NCBI GenBank assembly: GCA_964354665.1
Contig: CAYHAO010000002.1
Coordinates: 8,800 to 72,693 of the forward strand
DNA length: 63,894 bases
Direction: 5' to 3'
From: an uncultured Methanomassiliicoccaceae archaeon
GTDB lineage: Archaea; Thermoplasmatota; Thermoplasmata; Methanomassiliicoccales; UBA472
Shown: positions 17,675 through 26,978 of the stretch, in pieces
How the letters are laid out: each line of letters starts with the position of its first letter
Position numbering within the stretch: the stretch's first letter is position 1
Position numbers and translations under genes: made by a program
The notes under the pieces: model-generated
What the model saw: only the letters and a program-made list of their open reading frames with translations
Databases searched by the model: none
What the model was told of the DNA's origin: nothing

Positions 17675-18751
17675 ATGGCGACATGCTACCTGGTGCTCGA
17701 GGACGGAACCGTAATAGAGGGCACCGGTTTTGGTTTTGAGCAGACGGTCTATGGGGAGGTCGTCTTCAACACCGGGATGACCGGGTACCAGGAGAGTCTG
17801 ACCGACCCTTCATACCGTGGCCAGATTCTCGTTCAGGCCTATCCGCTCATCGGGAACTACGGCGTCAACCACATCGACTACGAGTCGGACCGGGTTCAGG
17901 TCAGGGGCTACGTTGTGAGGGAGAAATGCAACGAGCCTAGCAATATGTACGCGGGGGACAGGATCGACTCCTTCCTAAAGAAGAATCGCGTACCAGGCAT
18001 CTCCGAGCTCGACACCCGCTCGCTCATCATCAATATCAGAGAGAAAGGCACGCCACGCGGAGCGATCTGCTTCGAGGAGGACGTGGATAAGGTGCTGAAG
18101 AAGGTGCAGACCATGCCCTTCCCCTCTGACTCTAACCTGGTGGACGAGGTGAGCGTCAAGGAACCCACGCGTTTCGAGATGGAAGGCGCGAAGGAGGTCG
18201 TGCTCATCGATTGCGGGACGAAGCAGAACATCGTGCGGGAGCTGAGGAAGCGGTTCTCGCTGACAGTCGTTCCCTACGATATCCAGGCCAAATTCTTCAA
18301 GGACCATGAGGTCGACGGCGTCTTCCTCTCCAATGGTCCGGGTGACCCGGCCCATCCCGTCATCCAGGAGACGACGGTGCGCACGCTGAAGGCGATCAAG
18401 GAGGAGTACCCGATCATGGGGGTCTGCTTCGGCAACCAACTTCTGGCGCGGGCTTTCGGCGGCGACACCTTCAAGCTCAAGTTCGGCCACCGCGGGGTCA
18501 ATCAGCCTGTGAGATACAATGGCCGAGTTTACATCACCTCTCAGAATCACGGCTTCGCGGTCGATCCCAAGACATTGCCAGACGAGCTAGAGGTGAGCAT
18601 GGTGAACGTCAACGACGGCACCGTGGAAGGCCTCTGCCACAAGGAGCTGCCCATCGTCTCCGCGCAGTACCATCCTGAGGCCTCCCCGGGGCCCAAGGAT
18701 ACTTCGTTCCTGTTCGATGAGTTCGCCAAGATGTTGGAGGCCAGGAGATGA
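17675..18751 (+). CDS. carA: Carbamoyl-phosphate synthase small (glutaminase) subunit
   Basis: CPSase small-subunit N-domain (…VFNTGMTGYQESLTDPSYRGQIL…). GATase motifs GVCFGNQLL and SQNHGFAVD. Stop overlaps the carB start (ATGA). Confidence 0.95.
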   Translation: MATCYLVLEDGTVIEGTGFGFEQTVYGEVVFNTGMTGYQESLTDPSYRGQILVQAYPLIGNYGVNHIDYESDRVQVRGYVVREKCNEPSNMYAGDRIDSFLKKNRVPGISELDTRSLIINIREKGTPRGAICFEEDVDKVLKKVQTMPFPSDSNLVDEVSVKEPTRFEMEGAKEVVLIDCGTKQNIVRELRKRFSLTVVPYDIQAKFFKDHEVDGVFLSNGPGDPAHPVIQETTVRTLKAIKEEYPIMGVCFGNQLLARAFGGDTFKLKFGHRGVNQPVRYNGRVYITSQNHGFAVDPKTLPDELEVSMVNVNDGTVEGLCHKELPIVSAQYHPEASPGPKDTSFLFDEFAKMLEARR

Positions 18752-21700
18752 GCCCGCCGCCGAAGGGGGCCAAGCTCATGGTGATCGGCTCCGGGCCTAT
18801 CGTAATAGGCCAGGCGGCGGAGTTCGACTTCTCCGGCTCCCAAGCCTGCCGCTCCCTGAGGGAGGAGGGCTTTCAGACCGTCCTGGTCAACTCCAATCCT
18901 GCCACCATCCAGACCGACCTGGCCACCGCGGACAAGGTGTACGTGGAACCGCTGGACGTGAAGACGATAACCAGGATCATCGAGAAGGAGAGGGTGTACG
19001 GCATACTATCTGGAATGGGAGGACAGACGGCCCTCAACCTATGCTCCGAGCTGGCGGACAATGGAACCTTGGACCGGCTTGGAGTTCGCCTCCTGGGCAC
19101 CCAACCGGAGGCCATCGCCCTCTCGGAGGACCGCGAGCTCTTCAAGCAGACCATGATCAAGATCGGTGAGCCTGTCCCCAAGAGCAAGGCGGTCCACTCC
19201 ATCGAGGAGGCGAAGCAGGCCGTCAAGGAGATAGGGGAATACCCTGTCCTCATCCGCCCCGGCTTCACCCTCGGAGGGACGGGGGGCGGGATCGCCTACA
19301 ACGAAGAGGAGCTGGAGGAGATCTGTGGACGGGGGCTGATCTACTCCCGCATCCACCAGGTCCTGATCGAGGAGAGCGTCCTGGGTTGGAAGGAGTACGA
19401 ATACGAGGTGATGCGCGACGGCAACGACAACTGCGTCATCATCTGCAACATGGAGAACCTCGACCCCATGGGCATTCACACGGGCGAGAGCATCGTCATC
19501 GCGCCCTCCCAGACGCTCAACGACGTGGACCACCAGAGGCTGAGGAGCGCATCCATCAAGATCATCCGTGCCCTGGGGATCGAGGGTGGCTGCAACGTGC
19601 AGTTCGCCCTGAACCAGGAGACGAGGGAGTACCGCGTGATCGAGGTCAACCCCCGCGTCTCCAGGTCATCGGCCCTGGCGTCGAAGGCCACCGGCTACCC
19701 CATAGCCAGAGTGGCGGCCAAGATCGCCATCGGCAAGACGCTGGACGAGATACCCAACCGCATCACCGGGAAGACCTACGCCGCCTTCGAGCCCGCCCTG
19801 GATTATGTGGTGCTCAAGATCCCGCGCTGGCCCTTTGACAAGTTCCGCACCGTCGACAAGCTGCTCGGCACCCAGATGAAGTCCACGGGGGAGGTCATGG
19901 CCATCGGACGGACCATCGAGGAGAGCATAATGAAGGCCGTGCGCTCCCTGGAGATCGACAAGATCGACCTGGAGCCCGAGCCTTGGACCGACGAGGAGCT
20001 GGCCACCGAGCTCAAGAAGCCCACGGACAAGAGGCTCTTCGCCATCGCCGAGGCCATCAGGAGGGGCATGGCCATCGAGGAGCTGGCCAACGTCACCAAG
20101 TGGGACGCGTTCTTCCTCAACAAGATCAAGAACCTGGTGGAGATGGAGCGCAACCTGAGAGAATCGAGCTCCCTCGAGCTCAAGACCCTGAAGCGGGCGA
20201 AGAACATGGGCTTCCCCGACGAGAGCATCGCCATCCTCAAGAAACTGCCCCCTGAGCATGTGCGCGAGGGCCGTAAGATCGCTGGCATCATCCCGACCTA
20301 CAAGATGGTGGATACCTGCGCCGCGGAGTTCGCGGCCGAGACTCCCTATTACTATTCGACCTATGGCAGCGAATGCGAGGCCAAGCCCTCCTCGAAGCGG
20401 AAGGTGATCATCGTGGGAGGAGGACCGATACGCATCGGCCAAGGGATCGAGTTCGACTATTGCTGCGTCCATGGCGTGATGGCCTGCCAGGAGGAAGGGG
20501 TCGACGCCATCGTGATCAACAACAACCCTGAGACAGTCTCGACCGATTACGACATCTCGGACCGCCTCTACTTCGAGCCCCTTACCTTGGAGGATGTGCT
20601 GAACGTCATTGAGCGGGAGGAGGCCGACGGCATCATCGTGCAATACGGAGGCCAGACCTCCATCAACCTGGCCGTCCCCTTGGAAGCGGCCTTGGAGGGC
20701 AATAAGTGCAAGATCCTCGGCACCAGCTCGGACATGATAGACGTGGCCGAGGACCGCAAGCGCTGGACCGCCCTGATGAAGGATTTGGGCGTCAAGCAGC
20801 CAGAGCATGGCACAGGTTTCTCGGCGGAAGAAGTCAAGGCGGTGGCATCGCAGATCGGCTACCCCGTCCTTCTGCGGCCCTCTTACGTTCTGGGAGGCAG
20901 AGGGATGGAAATCATCCTGAACGAGGAGGAGCTCAAGATATATGTCACCACGGCGGTGAAGGTCTCCAAGGCCCATCCAGTGCTGGTGGACAAGTATCTA
21001 TCCCACGCCATCGAGATCGACGTGGACGTGGTGGCGGACGGAGAGGACGTCTTCATCGGTGGCATCATGGAGCACATCGAGGAGGCGGGCGTTCATTCCG
21101 GCGACGCGATGATGGTGCTTCCCCCGCAGACGCTGTCCAAGGACATGTTGCAAAAGATAGTGGAGATAACCACCAAGACCGCCAAGGTCCTTCAGGTGAA
21201 GGGGCTGATGAACCTACAGCTGGCCATCAAGAACGATGAGGTTTACATGCTCGAGGCCAATCCTAGGGCCTCGAGGACCGTGCCCTTCGTCTCCAAGGCC
21301 ATCGGCATACCTCTGGCCAAGGTCGCCACCAAGGTCATGTTGGGCAGGTCGTTGAGGCAGCAGGACCTGGTGGGCATAGCCCGGTTCGAAAGCGTGGCCG
21401 TCAAGGAATCGGTGTTCCCGTTCCTCAAGCTGCCGGGGGTGGACTCGATCCTCGGCCCGGAGATGCGCTCCACCGGAGAGGTCATGGGCATCGACAAGGA
21501 CTATGCCGCCGCCGTGTACAAGGCCCTCAGCGGGGCGGGGCAGAAGATCCCCTTGGAGGGCGCGATCTACGTGACGATCGCAGATGCCGACAAGCCGGCC
21601 ATCCTGCCCACGGCGAAGGCCTTTTCGGAGATGGGGTTCAAGATCTACGCCACCAAGGGCACCTCCACCTTCCTGAGGAACAACGGCATCGAGACCACGA

Positions 21701-21978
21701 CCGTCTACACCATCAGGGAGAAGATGCAGCCTGACGCCCTGGGCCTGATGCGCAAGGGCGAGATCAAGCTCATCGTGAACACGCCCACCGCCTCTTCCGG
21801 CTCACGGAGGGACGGGTACATGATGAGGCGCCTTGCCGTCGAGCTGGAGATACCTTTCTTGACGACGGTGCAAGGCGCCAAGGTCACGGCCGAAGCCATT
21901 AAGCGTGCCAGGGAGGGGGACATGGATGTCAAGGACCTCGGTTCCTACCCCAAGGCCAAGGTCTTTCCATCCCTCTAA
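18748..21978 (+). CDS. carB: Carbamoyl-phosphate synthase large subunit
   Basis: 1076 aa with duplicated ATP-grasp halves (…GSGPIVIGQAAEFDFSGSQA… and …GGGPIRIGQGIEFDYCCVH…) and a C-terminal MGS-like domain. Confidence 0.97.
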   Translation: MSPPPKGAKLMVIGSGPIVIGQAAEFDFSGSQACRSLREEGFQTVLVNSNPATIQTDLATADKVYVEPLDVKTITRIIEKERVYGILSGMGGQTALNLCSELADNGTLDRLGVRLLGTQPEAIALSEDRELFKQTMIKIGEPVPKSKAVHSIEEAKQAVKEIGEYPVLIRPGFTLGGTGGGIAYNEEELEEICGRGLIYSRIHQVLIEESVLGWKEYEYEVMRDGNDNCVIICNMENLDPMGIHTGESIVIAPSQTLNDVDHQRLRSASIKIIRALGIEGGCNVQFALNQETREYRVIEVNPRVSRSSALASKATGYPIARVAAKIAIGKTLDEIPNRITGKTYAAFEPALDYVVLKIPRWPFDKFRTVDKLLGTQMKSTGEVMAIGRTIEESIMKAVRSLEIDKIDLEPEPWTDEELATELKKPTDKRLFAIAEAIRRGMAIEELANVTKWDAFFLNKIKNLVEMERNLRESSSLELKTLKRAKNMGFPDESIAILKKLPPEHVREGRKIAGIIPTYKMVDTCAAEFAAETPYYYSTYGSECEAKPSSKRKVIIVGGGPIRIGQGIEFDYCCVHGVMACQEEGVDAIVINNNPETVSTDYDISDRLYFEPLTLEDVLNVIEREEADGIIVQYGGQTSINLAVPLEAALEGNKCKILGTSSDMIDVAEDRKRWTALMKDLGVKQPEHGTGFSAEEVKAVASQIGYPVLLRPSYVLGGRGMEIILNEEELKIYVTTAVKVSKAHPVLVDKYLSHAIEIDVDVVADGEDVFIGGIMEHIEEAGVHSGDAMMVLPPQTLSKDMLQKIVEITTKTAKVLQVKGLMNLQLAIKNDEVYMLEANPRASRTVPFVSKAIGIPLAKVATKVMLGRSLRQQDLVGIARFESVAVKESVFPFLKLPGVDSILGPEMRSTGEVMGIDKDYAAAVYKALSGAGQKIPLEGAIYVTIADADKPAILPTAKAFSEMGFKIYATKGTSTFLRNNGIETTTVYTIREKMQPDALGLMRKGEIKLIVNTPTASSGSRRDGYMMRRLAVELEIPFLTTVQGAKVTAEAIKRAREGDMDVKDLGSYPKAKVFPSL

Positions 21979-22040
21979 GGACAGGCTCTTCCGACCTAGA
22001 GGTAAAAGTTGAAGAGCGCGTGCATTGAGGAACCTGAAGT

Positions 22041-22080
22041 GAATGGCATTTCCATTCCCTTTTTCGTTTTATTGTTGTTT
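22041..22080 (+). terminator. Hairpin plus oligo-T terminator downstream of carB
   Basis: GAATGG-cattt-CCATTC (22041..22057), followed by ccCTTTTTCGTTTTATTGTTGTTT. Lies between convergent carB and the EamA gene. Confidence 0.55.
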
Positions 22081-22087
22081 GATAGGG

Positions 22088-22990
22088 CTAAACAGAGATG
22101 GGCTCTGGAGCCGTTGCCCGTCTTCTCTTCCCGTTGGTCTTCACTGCGAAATATATCCCCAACAGGATCAGCGCCGCCCCTGCTAGGATGGTGACGGACG
22201 GGATCTCGGAGAAGAACAGGACCGCCATGAGCGAGGCGAAGAGCGCCTCCCCCAGCTGGATCACGCTCACCTGCGGCGCCATCAGGTACTTCAGGGAGTA
22301 GTTGTAGAGGGTGTAACCGATCGCTGCGGGGATTATGGCCATTCCAAGGAAGAGCAGCAGCTCGTGCGTGGAATAGGGCCATAGGGGGACGCCGCCGACA
22401 ATGCATATCCCGACCAGGACCAAGGCGCAGGCAGCGTTGACCATGAAGACGAAGGTGAGGATGTCGATGCGCTTGCGCATGACCCGGGTCATGATGATAT
22501 AGATGGCCTCCATCAATGCCCCCAGCACCGCCATCGCGTCCCCCACGATGTTCCCGCTGCCCAGGTCGCCGATGGAAATGACGATGATGCCGCCCATGCC
22601 GATGAGCGCTCCCGCCGTGGTGTACTTCGATCCCTCGTGCAGCAGGAGGAAGGCCAGGACGGCCACGAAGATGGGATGGCAGTTGATGAGGACGGTGGCG
22701 CTGGCTATGGTGGTGTTCTGGACGGCGGTGACGAAGAACAGGAAGTGCAGCGCCAGCACGGCCCCGGTGGCCACCAGGAACCAGGTGTCCCCTCTTTCGA
22801 GCGAGGCGATCCTCTTCCTGGACCTGACCAAAGCGAAGGGCGCTATCAGCAGGGTGGCCAGGATCATGCGGTAGGCGGCGATGGCTGGGGCGGGCGCGTC
22901 CGAGAGCCTTATGAAAATGGATGAGAAGGAGAAGCAGAACACCGCCAGCACCAGGACGAGGTAGGCGTTGCGCTTCTCGATGTCGGTCAA
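22088..22990 (-). CDS. EamA/DMT-superfamily transporter (10 TM)
   Basis: Two EamA-like halves of about 5 hydrophobic helices each across 300 aa. Lies 10 nt downstream of the ACT-domain regulator gene on the same strand. Confidence 0.8.
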   Translation of the reverse strand: MTDIEKRNAYLVLVLAVFCFSFSSIFIRLSDAPAPAIAAYRMILATLLIAPFALVRSRKRIASLERGDTWFLVATGAVLALHFLFFVTAVQNTTIASATVLINCHPIFVAVLAFLLLHEGSKYTTAGALIGMGGIIVISIGDLGSGNIVGDAMAVLGALMEAIYIIMTRVMRKRIDILTFVFMVNAACALVLVGICIVGGVPLWPYSTHELLLFLGMAIIPAAIGYTLYNYSLKYLMAPQVSVIQLGEALFASLMAVLFFSEIPSVTILAGAALILLGIYFAVKTNGKRRRATAPEPISV

Positions 22991-23000
22991 TTGCGCGACC

Positions 23001-23501
23001 TCAGTGGATCAGTATGCTCTTCACTCCGCGGCATGCCTTGATCTCGGGGATTATCTCCGGAGGGACCGGCGCCTCGGTTATCACGTACAGTCGGGGCTCG
23101 GCGCTAAGGTCGGGGTCTGAGACGATGGTCTGTCGTATGCTAATGCCCGCCCTGGCGATCACGCCCGTGACGTCGGCCACTATCCCGATGGTCTGCGCGT
23201 TGTTGGGAATGATCTCAATGGCGCTCCAGCCCATGACCGGGGCGACGTCCTTGAGCATGGCGGTCGAGCGAAGTCGGCCAAAGACGCTCATGAGCTCTGG
23301 GTGCGACTCGATGGTCTCCACCGTCGAGCGGACGATGCGCCTGTCCACCCCGGCAGCGCGGCCGATGGCGCTATCGGCCAGCTTGATCTCGCCGCAGTAT
23401 ACGACGCCAGCGCTGACCCTAAGGCCGTTCTCCAGCAGGAGCCTGGCCACCTTGGCCTGAGAGGGGAACTTTCCGAAGTACTTGGACAGGGAGCTCCACA
23501 T
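23001..23501 (-). CDS. Predicted regulator of amino-acid metabolism with C-terminal ACT domain (COG2150-like)
   Basis: N-terminal HTH-like segment (SQAKVARLLLENGLRVS…IGRAAGVDRRIVRSTV). C-terminal ACT-like beta-alpha-beta-beta-alpha-beta segment (…IEIIPNNAQTIGIVADVTGVIARAGISIRQTIVSDP…RLYVITE). Divergent from the aro operon. Confidence 0.7.
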   Translation of the reverse strand: MWSSLSKYFGKFPSQAKVARLLLENGLRVSAGVVYCGEIKLADSAIGRAAGVDRRIVRSTVETIESHPELMSVFGRLRSTAMLKDVAPVMGWSAIEIIPNNAQTIGIVADVTGVIARAGISIRQTIVSDPDLSAEPRLYVITEAPVPPEIIPEIKACRGVKSILIH

Positions 23502-23638
23502 ACGCCCTTAGCATGACGGTCGAGGGTATTTAGATTTCGGCGAGAGCGGAGGAATGGCCATCGTAGGCAACCTTAAAGTGGGCCTTGGCGCTTGCTGTAT
23601 CACCCTCCTACGAGGGACGAGAACGGACTGGCGAAAGG

Positions 23639-23646
23639 GATATAAG
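23639..23646 (+). promoter_or_regulatory. TATA-like box (GATATAAG) with purine-rich BRE-like flank upstream of the aro operon
   Basis: cgaaaggGATATAAGcg lies about 40 nt upstream of the ATG at 23685. This is the only AT-rich element in the 183-nt spacer. Confidence 0.3.
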
Positions 23647-23684
23647 CGTGATAACCTTTAGCACGGTCTACACGAGGTGTTGAG

Positions 23685-24479
23685 ATGTTGCTGGGCAAGA
23701 GCGTGCGTATGGAACGTATCATCGACCGAGGCACGGGACGTGCCGTCATCGTCCCCATGGACCATGGCATCAGCATGGGGCCAGTCACTGGACTGGTGGA
23801 CCTCAGGGGAACGATCGAGATGATCTCCCAGGGAGGAGCGACGTCCATAGTCCTGCATAAGGGCGCCGTGCCCTACTCCCATCGTTCATACGGCCGCGAC
23901 ATCGGCCTCATCCTCCACCTCTCCGCCTCCACCAACCTGGGCGCCTGGGCCAACCACAAGGTGCTGGTGGCCACGGTCGATGAGGCCATCAAGATCGGCG
24001 CAGACGCCGTCTCCGTCCATGTCAACCTAGGAAACGAGGACGAGCCAGAGATGCTCCGCGACATCGGCCAGGTCTCCAGGACCTGCGCGGAATGGGGCAT
24101 GCCCCTGCTGGTGATGATCTACCCCCGGGGCAAGGACATCAAGTCCGCGTACGATGTGGAGCTGCTCAAGCAGTGCGCCCGGGTGGCCACGGAGCTGGGG
24201 GCGGACATCGTCAAGACCAACTATACCGGGGACATCGACAGCTTCAGGGAGGTGGTCCGGGGCGCGCTGGCGCCAGTGGTCATCGCCGGCGGGCCGAAGA
24301 TGGACTCGGACGAGAAGCTCCTGCAGATGGTCAAGGACTCCATCGAGGCCGGGGGGAAGGGCGTCAGCATAGGCCGCAACGTCTTCCAGCACCGGAACGT
24401 GGTGGGAATCACCCGCGCCATCTCCTCCATCGTCCTGGACGACCTGGAGGTCGAGGAAGCACTGAAGTTCCTAAAGTGA
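23685..24479 (+). CDS. aroA': 2-amino-3,7-dideoxy-D-threo-hept-6-ulosonate (ADH) synthase, class I aldolase (MJ0400 type)
   Basis: DhnA/FbaB-like aldolase motifs: …[15 protein letters not shown]…, …[11 protein letters not shown]…, …[11 protein letters not shown]… (Schiff-base Lys) and …VVIAGGPK… It is followed directly by DHQ synthase II. Confidence 0.85.
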   Translation: MLLGKSVRMERIIDRGTGRAVIVPMDHGISMGPVTGLVDLRGTIEMISQGGATSIVLHKGAVPYSHRSYGRDIGLILHLSASTNLGAWANHKVLVATVDEAIKIGADAVSVHVNLGNEDEPEMLRDIGQVSRTCAEWGMPLLVMIYPRGKDIKSAYDVELLKQCARVATELGADIVKTNYTGDIDSFREVVRGALAPVVIAGGPKMDSDEKLLQMVKDSIEAGGKGVSIGRNVFQHRNVVGITRAISSIVLDDLEVEEALKFLK

Positions 24480-24483
24480 TCAA

Positions 24484-25518
24484 ATGGCTTCGCCCAAGAT
24501 CATATGGGTCAGGTCCGACCACCTGCCCAGCTACGACGAGAGGAAGAAGGTCGTGTCCAGCGCTCTGGAGGCTGGGTACGTGCAAATCGTCATCCGCGAG
24601 GAGGACGCCGAGCTCAGGCGCCTGGGACGATACAATGCCCTGGTCCTGAAGGGCACGTCCATCTTCTTGGACGAGGAGAAGGTAGGGGAGATGGTGCAGA
24701 TACGCTCCAATGATGACCTAGCACGGGCCTCCGCCCTCAAGGGACGGGTGGACAACGTCCTCATCGAGGCCAAGGACTGGAAGGTCATTCCGCTGGAGAA
24801 CCTGATCGCCGAATTCCAGGGCTCGAGCACCAGGCTGTTGGCCACCGCCACTTCGCCGGAGGAGGCCAAGCTCTTCTTCGAGACCTTGGAGGTGGGGGTA
24901 GGGGGCGTGGCCATCGAGCCCTCTTCCCCGTCGAAGCTCAAGGCCTTCCACGTCATCCAATCCGACCAGATGCCCCAAGTGGAGCTTACCAGGGCGGTGG
25001 TCTCAAGGATCGCGCCTGCCGGGGTGGGGGACCGGGTATGCCTTGACACCTGCTCATTGCTGAAGGTAGGGGAGGGCATGCTGATCGGCTCCCAATCCGC
25101 CTGCCTGTTCCTGGTGAGCTCGGAGAGCTTGGAGAGCGAGTACGTCGCCTCCAGGCCCTTCCGGGTCAATGCAGGGGCGGTGCACGCCTATGCCCTCATG
25201 CCTACGGGCAAGACCCGTTACCTTTCCGAGATAAAGAGCGGCGACGAGGTCCTGGCCATCGATTCGGATGGCCGGTGCCGGACGGTGGTCGTGGGCAGGT
25301 CGAAGATCGAGAGGAGGCCGCTGCTACTGCTCGAGGTCAAGGCCGGGGAAAGGAAGTACACCACCATATTGCAGAACGCCGAGACCATCAGGATGTGCAC
25401 GCCGACTGGTCCAGTCTCCATCTCGGACCTCAAAGTGGGTCAGGATGTCCTAGTGCGCCTCGAGGAGGGAGGGCGGCATTTCGGCCAGGCCATATCGGAG
25501 ACCATCACAGAGCTATGA
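24484..25518 (+). CDS. aroB': 3-dehydroquinate synthase type II (archaeal, MJ1249 type)
   Basis: The 344-aa sequence lacks the Fe-ADH-type DHQS fold. Its position between ADH synthase and aroD, and the N-terminus …IWVRSD…KKVVSSALEAGY…, are typical of the DHQS-II family. Confidence 0.8.
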   Translation: MASPKIIWVRSDHLPSYDERKKVVSSALEAGYVQIVIREEDAELRRLGRYNALVLKGTSIFLDEEKVGEMVQIRSNDDLARASALKGRVDNVLIEAKDWKVIPLENLIAEFQGSSTRLLATATSPEEAKLFFETLEVGVGGVAIEPSSPSKLKAFHVIQSDQMPQVELTRAVVSRIAPAGVGDRVCLDTCSLLKVGEGMLIGSQSACLFLVSSESLESEYVASRPFRVNAGAVHAYALMPTGKTRYLSEIKSGDEVLAIDSDGRCRTVVVGRSKIERRPLLLLEVKAGERKYTTILQNAETIRMCTPTGPVSISDLKVGQDVLVRLEEGGRHFGQAISETITEL

Positions 25519-26978
25519 CGAAAATCTGCGTTTCCATCGTGGAACTGGACGTTGAGGGGGCGGCGCAGGCGGCGAGGAGCGCCGCTGAGAAGGGCGCGGA
25601 CCTGATCGAGGTCAGGTTCGACCTCATGCCCAGCTTACCTCATGACCTATCGGCTTTCAAGAAGGTGGAGATCCCCAAGATAGCCACGCTCAGGACCGAG
25701 GCCCAGGGCGGAAGGTTCGGCGGCAAGGAGTCGACCAGGCAGGAGTTCTTCCAGAGGGCCCTGCGCTCCGGCTTCGAGATGTTGGACCTCGAGCTCGGCT
25801 CCCCGCTCATGGAGAGGAGGGACAAGGAGCTGCGCAGGGCGGGTGTCATCTGCTCCTACCACGACTTCGCTGGCACCCCTTCCCCCGCGACCATCCTTGA
25901 GCTCATGATCAAGGCCAGCGCCGCTGAGGCCCTGCCCAAGGGCGCTTTCGCCATCAACAGTTGCAAGGACCTCCTGGCCGTCGCCGAGGCCGCCAGGATG
26001 TTCTCCTCCACGGAGAAGGAATTCGTGCTCATCGGCATGGGCGAGCTGGGCATGCTCACCCGCATCTCTGCGGATAGCCTTGGCTGCGCTTTCACCTATG
26101 CCTCCTCGGAAGCAGGTCGGGAGACGGCCTTGGGGCAGCTTGACCTGGCCACGATGAAACGGCTCGCCTCTAAGAGGACGGTCGTTGGCATCGCCGGGGA
26201 CCCCGTGGCGCACTCCCTCTCGCCAAGGATGCACGAGGCCGCTTTCCTCGAGGCCGACGTCCCAGGCATCTATCTCAAGTTCCAAGTGAAGCGGGACGAG
26301 CTGGAGGACTTCTTCCAGGTGGCGTTGGAGTACGACCTGAGGGGCTTCAACGTCACCATCCCCCACAAGGAGGCGGTGGCACCGCTCCTCGACCGATTGG
26401 CACCAAGCGCCATGCAGGTGGGGGCGGTCAACACCGTCCTGATCGAGGAAGGCGAGTTCATCGGGCATAACACCGACGTCCATGGCGTGGAGATGACCTT
26501 CAAGGAGAACGGGGTCGACCCCAAGGGCAAGAAGGTTTTGCTGGTGGGCGCGGGCGGAGCGGCCCGGGCCTGCTGCGCCTATCTGTACGGGGCCGGGGCT
26601 AAAGTGAGCGTGTACAACCGGACCAGGGGCAGGGCCGAGGAGCTGTGCCGATCGTTCCGCAACTGCAAGGCCATCGATTTAGACACCCTCTCCGACCAAT
26701 ACGACATAGTGATCAACAGCACACCCGTGGGCATGAATGGGTTCCCCGGTGGGCTCCCGGTCCCGGAGCACGTGCTCAGATCGGGCCAATTCGTGGTGGA
26801 CCTGGTCTACACCCCTCCGATCACCTCATTCCTGGAGGCGGCGGAGAGAGCGGGGGCTGCGACGGCCAACGGAGAACGCATGTTGCTGCATCAGGCGATC
26901 AAGGCCTTCGAGATCTGGACGGGCAGAACCCCTTCCTATGCCACGATGTATTCCGCCCTGAGGGAGGTTACCAAGTGA
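25515..26978 (+). CDS. Bifunctional type I 3-dehydroquinate dehydratase / shikimate 5-dehydrogenase (AroD-AroE fusion)
   Basis: The ATG at 25515 overlaps the aroB' stop (ATGA). The N-terminal half has type I DHQase motifs (…ADLIEVRFDL…, …ICSYHDFAGTPS…, PKGAFA Lys region). The C-terminal half has SDH motifs (…IAGDPVAHSLSPRMHEAAF…, …GFNVTIPHK…, …GAVNTV…, …LVGAGGAARA…). The 567-aa track ORF is an upstream extension. Confidence 0.85.
   Translation: MTKICVSIVELDVEGAAQAARSAAEKGADLIEVRFDLMPSLPHDLSAFKKVEIPKIATLRTEAQGGRFGGKESTRQEFFQRALRSGFEMLDLELGSPLMERRDKELRRAGVICSYHDFAGTPSPATILELMIKASAAEALPKGAFAINSCKDLLAVAEAARMFSSTEKEFVLIGMGELGMLTRISADSLGCAFTYASSEAGRETALGQLDLATMKRLASKRTVVGIAGDPVAHSLSPRMHEAAFLEADVPGIYLKFQVKRDELEDFFQVALEYDLRGFNVTIPHKEAVAPLLDRLAPSAMQVGAVNTVLIEEGEFIGHNTDVHGVEMTFKENGVDPKGKKVLLVGAGGAARACCAYLYGAGAKVSVYNRTRGRAEELCRSFRNCKAIDLDTLSDQYDIVINSTPVGMNGFPGGLPVPEHVLRSGQFVVDLVYTPPITSFLEAAERAGAATANGERMLLHQAIKAFEIWTGRTPSYATMYSALREVTK

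Noticed and set aside
19666-20976. 436-aa ORF antisense to carB
   Set aside because: carB motifs on the + strand are unambiguous. The antisense product is G/L/D/H/R-rich with no recognisable domain.
25275-26978. Long N-terminal extensions in the track ORFs: 25275, 26645, 28221, 42777, 13979..15199, 45464..46753, 36039..36845, 54284, 56820, 48567 and 49476
   Set aside because: In each case the extension overlaps the preceding gene in another frame and is Arg/Gly-rich. An internal start coincides with the family N-terminus and usually forms an ATGA/GTGA overlap with the upstream stop, so I used the internal starts.
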